64,000 nt of DNA from a virus. The position numbers and the translations under genes were made by a program. The stretch spans positions 20,384 to 84,383 of the IMG/VR virus record IMGVR_UViG_3300045282_000112. One strand, written 5' to 3'. Below are positions 53,333-63,030 of the stretch, piece by piece. Numbering within the stretch: the first letter of the stretch is position 1; every line of letters begins with the position of its first letter. The notes beneath the pieces were generated by a model. That model had not been told where the DNA came from. It searched no databases and worked only from the letters and a program-made list of their open reading frames with translations.

Positions 53333-53646
53333 CAGTCGAGCCTCGCCACTTCGAAGCTGCCGTCGAGCTGCAGGATCATCAGCATGGCGCAATCGTAGAA
53401 GATGATGATCTCGTCGCGCATGCGGGTCATGGCGAGCGGACGGTAGGGCGGGTCCTCCGGGTAGGTCAAGGTCGCGCCGTTCTGGATGTTGAACTTGAAG
53501 CCCTCGATGGGACGCCAGCCGCCGCCGTGCTGATAGTTGGCGTCGATCTGCTGCTTGGCGGGGCGTGGGTCGGTCTCGTCGAGAAAGCTGGGGATAAGTC
53601 CCAGCGTCTCGGGTGAAAACTTCGGGTGGCATCCTGTCCAGATCAT
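53332..53646 (-). CDS. Hypothetical phage protein
   Basis: LGLIPSFL...DPRPA..Q...Y.HGGGW...YPEDPP...FEVARLD. Confidence 0.7.
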   Translation of the reverse strand: MIWTGCHPKFSPETLGLIPSFLDETDPRPAKQQIDANYQHGGGWRPIEGFKFNIQNGATLTYPEDPPYRPLAMTRMRDEIIIFYDCAMLMILQLDGSFEVARLD

Positions 53647-53858
53647 GTGTTCTCCTCCTTGGTGACGCTGTTGAGCAATGCAGCGAGACCCTCGGGGGTC
53701 TTCGGCATGCGGAATTGCTGGCGGATTGCCGTGGCCTTCTCGCCCCGGCTGGATGCGAAGCTGTCGGCGTCGGCTTGGCTGCTGAAATAGTAGCGCGTCG
53801 TGACGTTGCCCCGGCGCACTGCTACCTCATAAACGAACGGGTTGTCGTTGTGATACAT
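53643..53858 (-). CDS. Hypothetical protein
   Basis: GAGGAG RBS before MYHNDNP. Confidence 0.55.
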   Translation of the reverse strand: MYHNDNPFVYEVAVRRGNVTTRYYFSSQADADSFASSRGEKATAIRQQFRMPKTPEGLAALLNSVTKEENT

Positions 53859-53862
53859 CTCC

Positions 53863-54837
53863 TCATCCCTCACTGTAAGCGGTGGCGAAGCCCATGCGGT
53901 CAGCTGCCCGGGCGTAGTCGCCAAGGGTCATCCGGGCATCCTCGCCGCCCTTCAGGTCAGCCATCACATCCTCGGCCTCGGGCGCGGAGGTGATCCGCGC
54001 CTTGGTGGGCCTTGAGAAGAAACCGAACTTCGGGTCATCCTTGCTCGGTGAGACAACGGCGTAGAACTCTACCTCGTCGCCCTTGACCGCGTCAGCGACC
54101 GCGCTCGGCCTTGCCCCGAAGAGCTTGTAACCGGCCTCGGTCTTGACCAGCATCCGCATCCCGAACATGCCCTCCTTGAAGGACAGGATGGTGCCCCGCA
54201 CCAGCATCCGGGCACCCTCGGTGGGGACCGGTGCCGCCGCCTCATGCTCGGCAGCCCGCTTGGCTACCCGCTCGGCGGCGATCTCGACCGCACGGTCGAC
54301 CTTATCGACCAGCACCCGCAGGTAGCTCATGGCCTTCTCGGACATGCTGCCATACTTGACCAGCTTGCCGACCATGTCCTCGATGGTGCGGACCTCGTAA
54401 GTGGTCGGCTCCTCGTAGGGGCGGGGCGTGGTGTAGACCGTCCAAGCCTTGCTCAGGCCCTCCTTCTCAAGGATGGCGATGGCCTTGCGCTTTCCGGCGT
54501 AGGCTTCGATGGCCCGCTCGATCTTGGTGCGGAACATCTCGGCGTCGCCGCAGTCCAGCTTGTCAGCGCAGTCGAGGCCCGTCCTGATGTAGGACCGGCT
54601 CTTGGCGTGGTAGAACAGGGCGGTGTAGCTCGCGCTCGCGCCACAGATGTGGCAGGAGCCGCCGTGAGCGTGGCGGGAGTAGGTGTCCCCAGTGCGTGCC
54701 ATGTGGGCCCGGATGACCTCACGCTCGCCGAGGATGGTGGCGGGGTCAACCCGGGAGCCGAGATACTCGAACGCGACGAACTCGTAGTCGTCGGGCTCGA
54801 TGACGCTCGGGCGGTGGATGTCAGTGCGTTCACTCAT
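53863..54837 (-). CDS. Early protein with Cys motif and OB-fold-like C-terminus
   Basis: CHICG...GLDCA; FGFFSRPTKA; first gene after a promoter. Confidence 0.65.
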   Translation of the reverse strand: MSERTDIHRPSVIEPDDYEFVAFEYLGSRVDPATILGEREVIRAHMARTGDTYSRHAHGGSCHICGASASYTALFYHAKSRSYIRTGLDCADKLDCGDAEMFRTKIERAIEAYAGKRKAIAILEKEGLSKAWTVYTTPRPYEEPTTYEVRTIEDMVGKLVKYGSMSEKAMSYLRVLVDKVDRAVEIAAERVAKRAAEHEAAAPVPTEGARMLVRGTILSFKEGMFGMRMLVKTEAGYKLFGARPSAVADAVKGDEVEFYAVVSPSKDDPKFGFFSRPTKARITSAPEAEDVMADLKGGEDARMTLGDYARAADRMGFATAYSEG

Positions 54838-54843
54838 GATGTT

Positions 54844-54890
54844 CTCCTCTTGCCCAACTTATATAAGCAGGTGGGCGGCACCTTCAAGGG
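54844..54890 (-). promoter_or_regulatory. sigma70-type early promoter + RBS (repeat copy 1)
   Basis: TTGAAG-N16-TATATA AGTTGGGCAAGAGGAGA. Confidence 0.7.
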
Positions 54891-54905
54891 GGACCGCCCA
54901 CTTTT

Positions 54906-55127
54906 TCATCCGATGGTCTTGAAGCCCTTGCAGGCAAACAGTCCGAGGTAGCCGCAACCGTTGGGTCCGGTGATCTCGGAGACGGGGAAGATCGCGGTCC
55001 AGCGACCGGCCCGGTTCCTCACCACGACGTGGCGGTATTCGGCGAAGCCGAACTTCCCCAGAGCCTTCACGAGGTTTGCCTCGGTGGCGTAGCTCTTGGC
55101 GGTGTCGATGTTCATGATCTCAAGCAT
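54906..55127 (-). CDS. Hypothetical protein
   Basis: KSYATEANL.KAL...GRWTAIF. Confidence 0.65.
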   Translation of the reverse strand: MLEIMNIDTAKSYATEANLVKALGKFGFAEYRHVVVRNRAGRWTAIFPVSEITGPNGCGYLGLFACKGFKTIG

Positions 55128-55130
55128 GGC

Positions 55131-55205
55131 TTATGTGAAGCTCCACAGGGTGGCGATGACCATCAGCATGGTCATCAGGATGGTCAGGGCTAAGAAAGTG
55201 AACAC
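55131..55205 (-). CDS. 24-aa hydrophobic peptide
   Basis: AAGGAGA RBS, GTG start, FTFLALTILMTMLMVIATLWSFT. Confidence 0.45.
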   Translation of the reverse strand: MFTFLALTILMTMLMVIATLWSFT

Positions 55206-55211
55206 GGTATG

Positions 55212-55258
55212 TCTCCTTGCCCAACTTATATAAGCTCGATGCCACGAGGTTCAAGGGG
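55212..55258 (-). promoter_or_regulatory. sigma70-type early promoter + RBS (repeat copy 2)
   Basis: TTGAAC-N16-TATATA AGTTGGGCAAGGAGA. Confidence 0.7.
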
Positions 55259-55266
55259 AAATCGGA

Positions 55267-56973
55267 TCACGCAAGGCTGACGTTGGCACCTTCCCGGGTC
55301 AGGGTGACGGTGCTGTCGGCGTTGAGCCTGCGCTGGTCGGTGAAGAAAATGCGCCTGCCCTCGGCCTCGGCGTGCTGGGCAAGGAAGGCGGTCAGCTCGT
55401 TGAGCCCCTCGGCTGACAGGTGGGCGGACGGCTCGTCGAGCGCGAGGAGGTCGATGTTGAGCCCCGCCTCGACCAGCAGGCTCGCAGAGAGCGCTAGGGA
55501 GGCTGCCAGACGCAGGCGCTGCGCTTCCCCTCCCGACCATGCCTCGATCTTCTCAATCGCGTCCACGGTCATCTGGATGCCGCTGACGGTGGTGCCCGCT
55601 TTCGTGGTGCGCTCGATGCCGAAGTGGACGTTGCACGGCAGGCCCAGCTCGTTGGCGTAGGACGTGGTCAGGACACTGAGCGTCGACAGCACGTCGTCGA
55701 GCACCACGAGGCGGATGTTGCGGAAGCCGTCGACCCATGGCTCGATGTGCTGGCGCGAGGTCTCCAGCACCGCACGGCGGGCGTCGATCTCGGTGGCGCG
55801 CTCGTGCAGCTTCTGCTGCCGTGCCTGCAGCTTTTCGAGCTGGTGGGTGAACGGGTTGACGCGCACCTGCAGCTCGTCGAGCGCGGTCTTGAGGTTGGCG
55901 AGGTTGACGCTGGCGCTGCGCTCCACCTCGATCAGCTGCCCGTAGTCGCGATCCACCTCGCGGTAGGTGATCACCAGCTTGCCGTGCTTCTCCATCAGCG
56001 CCGCGTGGTTGCTTCCCGTGATCAGCTTCTCGGCCTCGTCGGCAATGCGGGCGCGCGCCTCCTTGGTGACCGGCTGTCCGCACTGCGGGCAATCGGAGCC
56101 GACGGTCATGCGCCCGGCCTTGATGCGCAGTGCCATGCCGTTGCTGTGATCGACCGCAGCCTCGCTCATGGCGGCGTTGGCATCCAGCAGTTCGAGGTGG
56201 GCGGCGTCACGGTCGACCTTGGCAGCCATGACCGCAGTCTCAGCTGTGCCAAGGCTGCTCGCGGCCTCGGCGACACGCTGCTTGAACAGCTTGATGGAAG
56301 CTGCGTTGGCGGTCTTGAACTCAGCGGCGCGCGCCTGCATCTCGTCGATGCCGCGCTCCACCTCGGCGAGCTGTCCCTCGACGGTGGCACGGGCGATCTG
56401 CAGCGTGCTGTCCTCCAGCTTGATGGTGGAGAGCTTGCCCTTGGCGGTGGTGGCATAGCCTTCGAACCGGTCGAGGTTGAGCACGCTGGACAGCAGGCTG
56501 AGCTTGTCGCGCGGTGCGAGATCGAGGAACAACGGTGCACCCTGCGTCAGCACGACGGTATGCATGAACGTCTCCATGTCCATGCCGAGCAGCTGCTCGA
56601 TGTGCTCCTGTGAACTTTGCGCCACGGCGTGGTCGCCCTTGTGCAGGGTCAACGCATGCGGCCACGCGCGGCGGATGATGCGATGCGGCGCGCCGTCGAC
56701 CGTGAAGTCGAGCGTCACCTTGGGATTGAAGTTCGTGCCGTAGGGCACCACGTCCCCGGCGCGCAGCTTCTTGGCGGTCTTGCCGAACAGGGCGAAGAGC
56801 AGCGCGTCCCACAGCGTGGACTTGCCGGTCCCGTTGGAGCCGAGGCGCGGCGTGACCTTGTTGACGCCCCGGATGGAATGACAGCCGGGTCCGAACTGCG
56901 TGAAGTTGAAGGTGAAGTCGGTGTAGACCTTGAAGTTCTCGGCGTGCAATCGCTGGAAGCTGATTGTCTTCAT
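55267..56973 (-). CDS. SbcC/Rad50 (gp46-like) ATPase
   Basis: GSNGTGKST, CPQCGQ zinc hook, WSGGE, LALDEP. Confidence 0.93.
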   Translation of the reverse strand: MKTISFQRLHAENFKVYTDFTFNFTQFGPGCHSIRGVNKVTPRLGSNGTGKSTLWDALLFALFGKTAKKLRAGDVVPYGTNFNPKVTLDFTVDGAPHRIIRRAWPHALTLHKGDHAVAQSSQEHIEQLLGMDMETFMHTVVLTQGAPLFLDLAPRDKLSLLSSVLNLDRFEGYATTAKGKLSTIKLEDSTLQIARATVEGQLAEVERGIDEMQARAAEFKTANAASIKLFKQRVAEAASSLGTAETAVMAAKVDRDAAHLELLDANAAMSEAAVDHSNGMALRIKAGRMTVGSDCPQCGQPVTKEARARIADEAEKLITGSNHAALMEKHGKLVITYREVDRDYGQLIEVERSASVNLANLKTALDELQVRVNPFTHQLEKLQARQQKLHERATEIDARRAVLETSRQHIEPWVDGFRNIRLVVLDDVLSTLSVLTTSYANELGLPCNVHFGIERTTKAGTTVSGIQMTVDAIEKIEAWSGGEAQRLRLAASLALSASLLVEAGLNIDLLALDEPSAHLSAEGLNELTAFLAQHAEAEGRRIFFTDQRRLNADSTVTLTREGANVSLA

Positions 56974-57392
56974 GTGAACAGTCGGCCCGTCTGTGGCTTC
57001 TTCTTTGGTGGCGGCGTCCAGATCACGTCCTTGTCTGGTGCCTTCCAGTAGTTGATCAGCTGCCGACCGTGGCTGTAGAGGGCCGGGCGCGTCTTGTAGC
57101 GTATCGATGTGGCACGGTGCACCGCGTCACCCACGATGATGGCGATCTCGTTGCCGAGGCTGTCCAACTCGATGCGATAGCAGTAGCCGCGCTCGATCAG
57201 CGTGACGAAGCGGTTGCTGATGCTGTCAGGCTTGACGTAAGAAAGCTCCCGCTTCATCTCGTCCCACGTCGAGCTGCGACCGGCCATGAAGAACATCGTC
57301 CGCCATATCAACAGCAGCAGTCCCTCGATGTCGACACCAGCCGCTGCCTCTGCGGAGGTCAACGGATCGTTCTTGCGGTATCTGCCTCCCAT
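56970..57392 (-). CDS. Putative winged-helix DNA-binding protein
   Basis: R..DP.TS..AA motif; SISNRF.TLIERG. Confidence 0.55.
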   Translation of the reverse strand: MGGRYRKNDPLTSAEAAAGVDIEGLLLLIWRTMFFMAGRSSTWDEMKRELSYVKPDSISNRFVTLIERGYCYRIELDSLGNEIAIIVGDAVHRATSIRYKTRPALYSHGRQLINYWKAPDKDVIWTPPPKKKPQTGRLFT

Positions 57393-57393
57393 G

Positions 57394-58389
57394 TCACTTT
57401 CCTCCCTGCACAATACCAAGCCCAGCCTTCACCACAGGCTGATCGAAGCGGTTGGCGGTCGCATACTGACGCACGAGGTCAGCGTCGGAGCGTGAGACTG
57501 GATTGCGTGGTGTGGATGTGATCTTGGCGGTGCTGCCCATGTCGACAGCGTGCAGCGTGCCACCCGGCTTGCCAACACACTCAGCAATGTCGGCACGCAG
57601 ATGGGCGAGGCTCGGCAGCGCACCTTGAAATGTCACGCGCACCTTCACAAGGTCACCCTTCTGCACGTTCTCGATGTTGATCCAGTCAAGCGAGCCATCG
57701 GGGAAAGCGCGCACCTCGACCAGCCGCTTGGTGGGCCCAGTGATGGGGATCGTGCGCACGATTGGGTCAGTGGCGAAGGAGAGGTCCATCAGCAATACGC
57801 GCGGCTTGTAGGTGTCGCCGAAGCGCATGAGCGTCGGGGCCCCAATGTAGGTCACCATGCCCTGCCGTTGTGGCACATGCACGTCACCACTAAATATCAG
57901 CCCGCTGACGAGAGGCAGCCGCAGACCGTTGAGGATGGTGCCATGTTCCGCCTTAGCTCCTGCAAATGTTTGATGTGCGAACACCATGTCGAAGCCGTCA
58001 GGGAATGGCTGTGGCCAAGCGCCGTTGGGCACCACCAACACGCGGTGGCCTTCGGCCTCCCAGCCCATCACCTCGGTGACGTAGCGACAGCTTTCGACGC
58101 AGTTGATGAAGCGGAAGAACGGCACCGAAGGATCGGAGGCGTCATGGTTGCCGCGCACGATGTGCACACAAGCCCCAGCGGTGGCGATACCCGCCAATAG
58201 CTCGACGATGCGGTTGGTAAAGCTGGCGCTGTGATGGTCTGGGAAATCGGTGAAGTCGCCGAGGATGAACAGATCATCGACGCTGTGCTGCTTGATCAGC
58301 TTCCTGATCTCCTGCACCGCGCCGAAGCGGTAGGCGTCGCGTGGATTATCGGAAAGGTGCCAATCGCCGGTCAGCAGCAATCTACGCAT
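57394..58389 (-). CDS. SbcD/Mre11-like nuclease
   Basis: GDWH, LGD, GNHD, AHQ, SGDVH. Confidence 0.92.
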   Translation of the reverse strand: MRRLLLTGDWHLSDNPRDAYRFGAVQEIRKLIKQHSVDDLFILGDFTDFPDHHSASFTNRIVELLAGIATAGACVHIVRGNHDASDPSVPFFRFINCVESCRYVTEVMGWEAEGHRVLVVPNGAWPQPFPDGFDMVFAHQTFAGAKAEHGTILNGLRLPLVSGLIFSGDVHVPQRQGMVTYIGAPTLMRFGDTYKPRVLLMDLSFATDPIVRTIPITGPTKRLVEVRAFPDGSLDWINIENVQKGDLVKVRVTFQGALPSLAHLRADIAECVGKPGGTLHAVDMGSTAKITSTPRNPVSRSDADLVRQYATANRFDQPVVKAGLGIVQGGK

Positions 58390-58897
58390 CGGGCATCCTC
58401 GCACGTGGAATGCTGAAGGGTATCTCAAGCAGGTGCCACAGCAGGAAGACAGAGCAGCCCAGCTCGTGCATGTGCACGATGGCCGACGGTCGCCAGCTCG
58501 CCTCCACCAGAACAATGGCGGGCATGTTGTTCTCACGCACGATCATCATCGGCAGCTTCTTGTGGCTCTTCGCCTGCCGCACGCAACGCTTCCACTCAGT
58601 GGCGAGGAAGCCCGAGGCTTTCAGCACGAAGCCGGTCAGGTTCATGTTCTTCACGTGCTTGCATTCGATGTGCCAGTGGTCAGTCAACACGTGCCCGCCG
58701 GGAGCTACAGCACAGATGTCGCCACTCACACGCTGCGCTCCATGCTTAGTCTCCCGGCGGGTGCCACGCCCTCCCGACATGGCCGACCTCCACAGGAGGT
58801 CGTCGTGTTGTCCTTTGCTAATCCAGAGTGAGAGTGAAGTGCAAACGCTGCGCTCGAACGCGCTGCCCTTACGCTTGCTGCTTGCCCCGCCGGTCAT
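58382..58897 (-). CDS. Holliday junction resolvase-like PD-(D/E)xK nuclease
   Basis: KGSAFER, GDI, IECK. Confidence 0.8.
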   Translation of the reverse strand: MTGGASSKRKGSAFERSVCTSLSLWISKGQHDDLLWRSAMSGGRGTRRETKHGAQRVSGDICAVAPGGHVLTDHWHIECKHVKNMNLTGFVLKASGFLATEWKRCVRQAKSHKKLPMMIVRENNMPAIVLVEASWRPSAIVHMHELGCSVFLLWHLLEIPFSIPRARMPDA

Positions 58898-60423
58898 AGT
58901 TTGAATGAACCGTCGAGGATGGCTTTGAACAGGTCGGCACCTTCGACATGGAATTGCAAGATCGCCTCGTCGACCGTGCCGCTCACGACGAGGTCCACCT
59001 TCACCACCTTCTGATGTTCAGAGCCGGGGCGGATGAAGCGCAGCTCGGTCTGCTTGCGGATGATCACAGGCACAGGGCTCTCATAATAAATACCGTAGCG
59101 AGCCATCTGCAGGTTGACGCCGTAAGCCCCGGCTGCGCTGTTGAGCAGCAGCACCTGTTTGCGACCGCGCGTGAAATCATCATAAGCCTTGTCCATCTCC
59201 TTGCCAGTGATCTGACCGTTGATGATGCAGTTGCTCACCGCCATCTCGTCGAGCGTGCGCTTCAGCATAGTGCCAGAGTAAATGAAATCATGAAACAAAA
59301 TAATCTGTCCATCCATCGCGCCGAGTTGTGACCTGATCCACTCCAGCTTGGGATTGTCCTTGAACTCGATCTGCTCGCGTGCACCAGTCTCCGGGTCCTT
59401 CAGGTTGACGAAGCCGCTGCTGATCTGCCTGAGCCTGATGAAAGCATTCTTGCACAGTTCATAGTTGCCGCGTGCGGCACGCATCTGCGCCAGCGCGGCA
59501 TCGTAAAGCTCCGACGCCTCGGCGGCGAGGTTGAGATCAATCCTGACCGGAGTGACGGCAGGCAAGTCGGCTTGGTCGAGTGCGAAGCGGATGGATCGGT
59601 GCGCGATGCAGCGGTGCAGCAGCTTGGTCTGCTTCTGCTTGAACTCGTATTCGTAGCCGCCCCAGTTGTTGATCGTCGTGTTGAAGAACGTCGCCCGGAA
59701 GATGCCGAGCGTCTTGCCCAACGTCCAACCGCCGTCGAGGATGTGCATCTGTGGCCAGAGCAGATGCGGGTCGCGGCCGAACGGCGTGCCCGAGAGCAAG
59801 AACACGCAGAGGTCTTCATTCTGCTCGGCGAGGCGGCGGACCACCTCGGTCTGCAGGCTCTTGTAGTTGCCGATGGCACTGCTCTCGTCGACTATCAGCC
59901 CGCCGATCTGCTGCCCGACCGCAAGCATCGTGGTGGAGTTGGGGATCAGCTTCTTGCCAATCTTCTCGGAACACATGCGGCTGAAGCCCGCGTAGGTCTC
60001 GATGACCAGCAGCGCGTCAGTGGTCGCCAGCAGCTCGCGCTTGTCGGCCATGTTCGACGGCATGGCGACAGCCTTGATCTCGGGCGCGTGCTTGCGGACC
60101 TGATCGAGCCAGCCCCGGATGTTGACCCGGTTGGGGACCAGCACAATGAAAGGCCCGGCATCCTCGGCTGCAGCGAAATAGGCAGCGAGCGCCATGCCGA
60201 TGAGGCTCTTGCCTGTGCCCATGTCGTTGTAGAAAGCAAAGCGCCGCTTATGCGCGCCGATGACCACGCATATCTGCTGCGAGCGCCTGAGCCGGTCGTG
60301 GAAGATGGGCGGTGGCACAGGCAGGCTGGCGACGGCGTCCTCGATCTCCGCTGTGTCCCACGTCAGGGCTTGGCGGTAGTCGAGGCGCGCACGCGCAATG
60401 AAAGCGTCGACGGCTTGCGTCAT
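58894..60423 (-). CDS. SNF2-family helicase
   Basis: DMGTGKS, VDESS, LSGTP, LRQISSG, GVNLQ, R..R.G. Confidence 0.9.
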   Translation of the reverse strand: MTQAVDAFIARARLDYRQALTWDTAEIEDAVASLPVPPPIFHDRLRRSQQICVVIGAHKRRFAFYNDMGTGKSLIGMALAAYFAAAEDAGPFIVLVPNRVNIRGWLDQVRKHAPEIKAVAMPSNMADKRELLATTDALLVIETYAGFSRMCSEKIGKKLIPNSTTMLAVGQQIGGLIVDESSAIGNYKSLQTEVVRRLAEQNEDLCVFLLSGTPFGRDPHLLWPQMHILDGGWTLGKTLGIFRATFFNTTINNWGGYEYEFKQKQTKLLHRCIAHRSIRFALDQADLPAVTPVRIDLNLAAEASELYDAALAQMRAARGNYELCKNAFIRLRQISSGFVNLKDPETGAREQIEFKDNPKLEWIRSQLGAMDGQIILFHDFIYSGTMLKRTLDEMAVSNCIINGQITGKEMDKAYDDFTRGRKQVLLLNSAAGAYGVNLQMARYGIYYESPVPVIIRKQTELRFIRPGSEHQKVVKVDLVVSGTVDEAILQFHVEGADLFKAILDGSFKL

Positions 60424-60632
60424 CCGGGGACTGTAAGCCCCGCGCTCTTCAACACCTCAAGGGTGTTGCGCCAGCGGGCGCGGGTCGAGCGCACGTAGTC
60501 CTTGGACACGTCGATGCCATACTCGGCACAGACCAGCACCAGCGTGTCGAGGTCGCGCTCAGGGAAGTCGATCAGCTGCCGCCACACCGTGGCACGGCGC
60601 GCCAGATACTCGTCGTCGTCGCCAATCATCAT
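60420..60632 (-). CDS. Hypothetical protein
   Basis: Coupled between the two helicases. Confidence 0.55.
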   Translation of the reverse strand: MMIGDDDEYLARRATVWRQLIDFPERDLDTLVLVCAEYGIDVSKDYVRSTRARWRNTLEVLKSAGLTVPG

Positions 60633-62083
60633 TCACCTTCCTCCTCCACGCCGTCCTCTTCGTCGTCGTGCTCTGGTGGCATGGCGCGCTCCATGTAGTC
60701 GAGGTAGTTGTCAGGGATCAATACGCTGCTCAGGCAATACTGCCCGATGTCGTAGTTCTGACTGAGGATCATGGTGCGGCCCACGGCACCCGGGGCGCGG
60801 GCCTTATCGATGTGCAAGCGTGCGAGACCCAAGCGTCGCTCCGATGAAGTGGCGCTGTAGCTAAGCACGAAGTCAGAGGTTTGCACAACTGACCAATCCT
60901 CGGCCACGTGCGTCATGCCGACCGACTTGCTCTTGGCTCCTTCGCGGCTCGACTGGTGGACAATGCACACGGCACAGTTTCGCTCGATGGCGAGGCGTCG
61001 GAGGTGCTCAACGTTCTGTCCCAGCTCCAACCGAAAATTCTTCACGCTCGCCTTCATCAGCTGCGGGTAGTCGACGATGATGAGGTCGGGCTCGAAATGC
61101 TGCGTGTCGGAGAGCGTGTCGAGGTAAGCCTCGATGCTGTCGATGCTGGTGACGCGCGGTGGCCACGCCCGGATGCGGAGGTTCTCGACGATGCCGCCAA
61201 GGCGCACGAGGCGCACTGTCAGCTCCGTCTCCAGCGACGGGTTGATGCCGCCGTCACCATTGCGAAAGGCAAACGTGGGGGAGGTGTCCTTCTGGACCAT
61301 GTTGGTCACGCGCCCGCTGTTGGGGTCGGTGACAAGCCTCGTGACCAGATGCTTCACGTCATGCTCGGAAACGGAGAACAGGCTCTGGTAATATCGCTGC
61401 AGCACGGCGGCGGCGTCGATCTCCAGCGAGAAGTGCACGACCTTCAGCTTCTGCTGCAGAGCCTGTGCACCGATGTGGACCAACCACCATGTCTTGCCCT
61501 GCCCCGTGACGGCGAGCACGGTGAAGAGGGTCTTGCGTGTCGGTGCCACGCCGATCTTGTCGAGCGGCGCGATGCCCGTGCGCATGCCGCGCTCGGCGTT
61601 CAGATACGCGAGGAACTCCTCGTAGCTCTCTAGGCTCAGGCCCGGGTCGAACTCGATCTCACGACTGCGCAGCAGCTGCCCCAGCATGCCCTCGGCCTCG
61701 GCGACCGTTGTCGCGTGATCGTTCTGCAGCGTCTTGGCTACGTCGAGAACAGCCTGCCGCATCCTCGAGAGGCGGCGGAAGTTCGACATCTTGCCCAGCA
61801 CGAACTCGGGGTTGATGCCGTCCTTGATCTGCTGCATCGACGACAGGATGTAACTGATGCCAGCGGTGCGCGCGTCGGTCGGGGGGATGTCGTCGAACAG
61901 ATCGACGAGGTGCACGCCCGGCGGCTGCTTGTGGTCGCGCCAGTAATCTATGCAACGCTGGCTGACCAGCGCGTAGTCGTCGGGCAGCTCGATGCCGTCC
62001 AGCATGCGCGCGATGGTTCCACCCTGCGTGCTCCAGCCGAGCATGGTTACCACGTTCTCAAGCATTGGATCGCTGAGCTTCAT
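60629..62083 (-). CDS. Replicative helicase (DnaB/gp41-like)
   Basis: TGIAPLD, TGQGKT, FSLE, IVDY, Q..R, AED; start MKLSDP after GGAGG. Confidence 0.92.
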   Translation of the reverse strand: MKLSDPMLENVVTMLGWSTQGGTIARMLDGIELPDDYALVSQRCIDYWRDHKQPPGVHLVDLFDDIPPTDARTAGISYILSSMQQIKDGINPEFVLGKMSNFRRLSRMRQAVLDVAKTLQNDHATTVAEAEGMLGQLLRSREIEFDPGLSLESYEEFLAYLNAERGMRTGIAPLDKIGVAPTRKTLFTVLAVTGQGKTWWLVHIGAQALQQKLKVVHFSLEIDAAAVLQRYYQSLFSVSEHDVKHLVTRLVTDPNSGRVTNMVQKDTSPTFAFRNGDGGINPSLETELTVRLVRLGGIVENLRIRAWPPRVTSIDSIEAYLDTLSDTQHFEPDLIIVDYPQLMKASVKNFRLELGQNVEHLRRLAIERNCAVCIVHQSSREGAKSKSVGMTHVAEDWSVVQTSDFVLSYSATSSERRLGLARLHIDKARAPGAVGRTMILSQNYDIGQYCLSSVLIPDNYLDYMERAMPPEHDDEEDGVEEEGE

Positions 62084-62233
62084 TTTATCCTCCCCGGGGT
62101 GTGCATAGGTAATGTGCTTCGGGTTTGCATACAAGCCCGAAAATGACAGATTGTCGCAGAGGTAACCTACTGGAAAGTAACGACCCAGTCTGTGCAAAAC
62201 AACCTGTTTTCAGTCGTAAGTCATTGGGCCGAT

Positions 62234-62262
62234 TTGACTTTCGGTGTGGTCGTGCTTATATA
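62234..62262 (+). promoter_or_regulatory. sigma70-type promoter for the two + strand genes
   Basis: TTGACT-N17-TATATA; shares GCTTATATA with the two minus-strand promoters. Confidence 0.7.
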
Positions 62263-62314
62263 TGTATTGTCGGCATCGGAGCTGACTGTTCTTTGACAAC
62301 TTGGAGAATGACCA

Positions 62315-62509
62315 ATGGCTAAAAGGAAGCCACGCTCAGACGCGTGGATTTACCTGCAGGACCAATGCCCCCGCATTGGCTCTGGCACGCGCGGGGTGCA
62401 GATCATCTCGCGCGGGCGGAAGTGGGTTCGCTTCCGCGAGACGGCGACAGGGACGCCCGGCAAGCTGCCGCTGCGCGACTGGGACCGGCTCACCTCGGGG
62501 AGGCGCTGA
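62315..62509 (+). CDS. Small basic protein
   Basis: GGAGA RBS; PRIGSG.R.V...GRKWV. Confidence 0.65.
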   Translation: MAKRKPRSDAWIYLQDQCPRIGSGTRGVQIISRGRKWVRFRETATGTPGKLPLRDWDRLTSGRR

Positions 62510-62991
62510 TGGCTTACATCGGCAAGATCGAGAAGGGCTCGGCGATGTCGTTTCATGGCGACATCAAAATCCACAACATGCTCAGCTACAACGTGGTGTG
62601 GAGGAACGAGGTCGACGGCAAGGAGGCGCTCGCCTGCAACGTCGCGCGCCTTGAAGAAAACGTCAGCGCCGCGACCAAGGCCAAGGCCAAGAAGAAGCTT
62701 GACGACTACGTCCAGCGATACGCCTCCTACGCGGAGCGCAAGGGCGTGCGGTTCGAGGTTCTGCAACGTGAGAAGCAGGAGCGCAAGCGGCGCATCAGGA
62801 TGGCACCGACCGACGCAACGTCGGCCATCGTCCACGATGCGGTGTCGCGCTTCCGCAAGGGAGAACAGGTTGACGGGCTGGTGCTCGGGCAGGAACTGCG
62901 CAAGCTACCGCAGGCCGAGCTTGAAGCAGCGGCGGCCAATCTGTTGATCGAAGTGTCGAGGAGAGCAGAAGCATCGGCTCGGCGCAGTTAA
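62509..62991 (+). CDS. Hypothetical protein
   Basis: TGATG coupling, GGAGG RBS, MAYIGKIEK. Confidence 0.65.
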   Translation: MAYIGKIEKGSAMSFHGDIKIHNMLSYNVVWRNEVDGKEALACNVARLEENVSAATKAKAKKKLDDYVQRYASYAERKGVRFEVLQREKQERKRRIRMAPTDATSAIVHDAVSRFRKGEQVDGLVLGQELRKLPQAELEAAAANLLIEVSRRAEASARRS

Positions 62992-62994
62992 ACC

Positions 62995-63029
62995 AACCCC
63001 GCCGGGGGTCAAACCTCGGCGGGGTTTTC
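62995..63029. terminator. Intrinsic terminator between convergent genes
   Basis: aaccccgccgggg-loop-cctcggcggggtt followed by a T run. Confidence 0.75.
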
Positions 63030-63030
63030 C

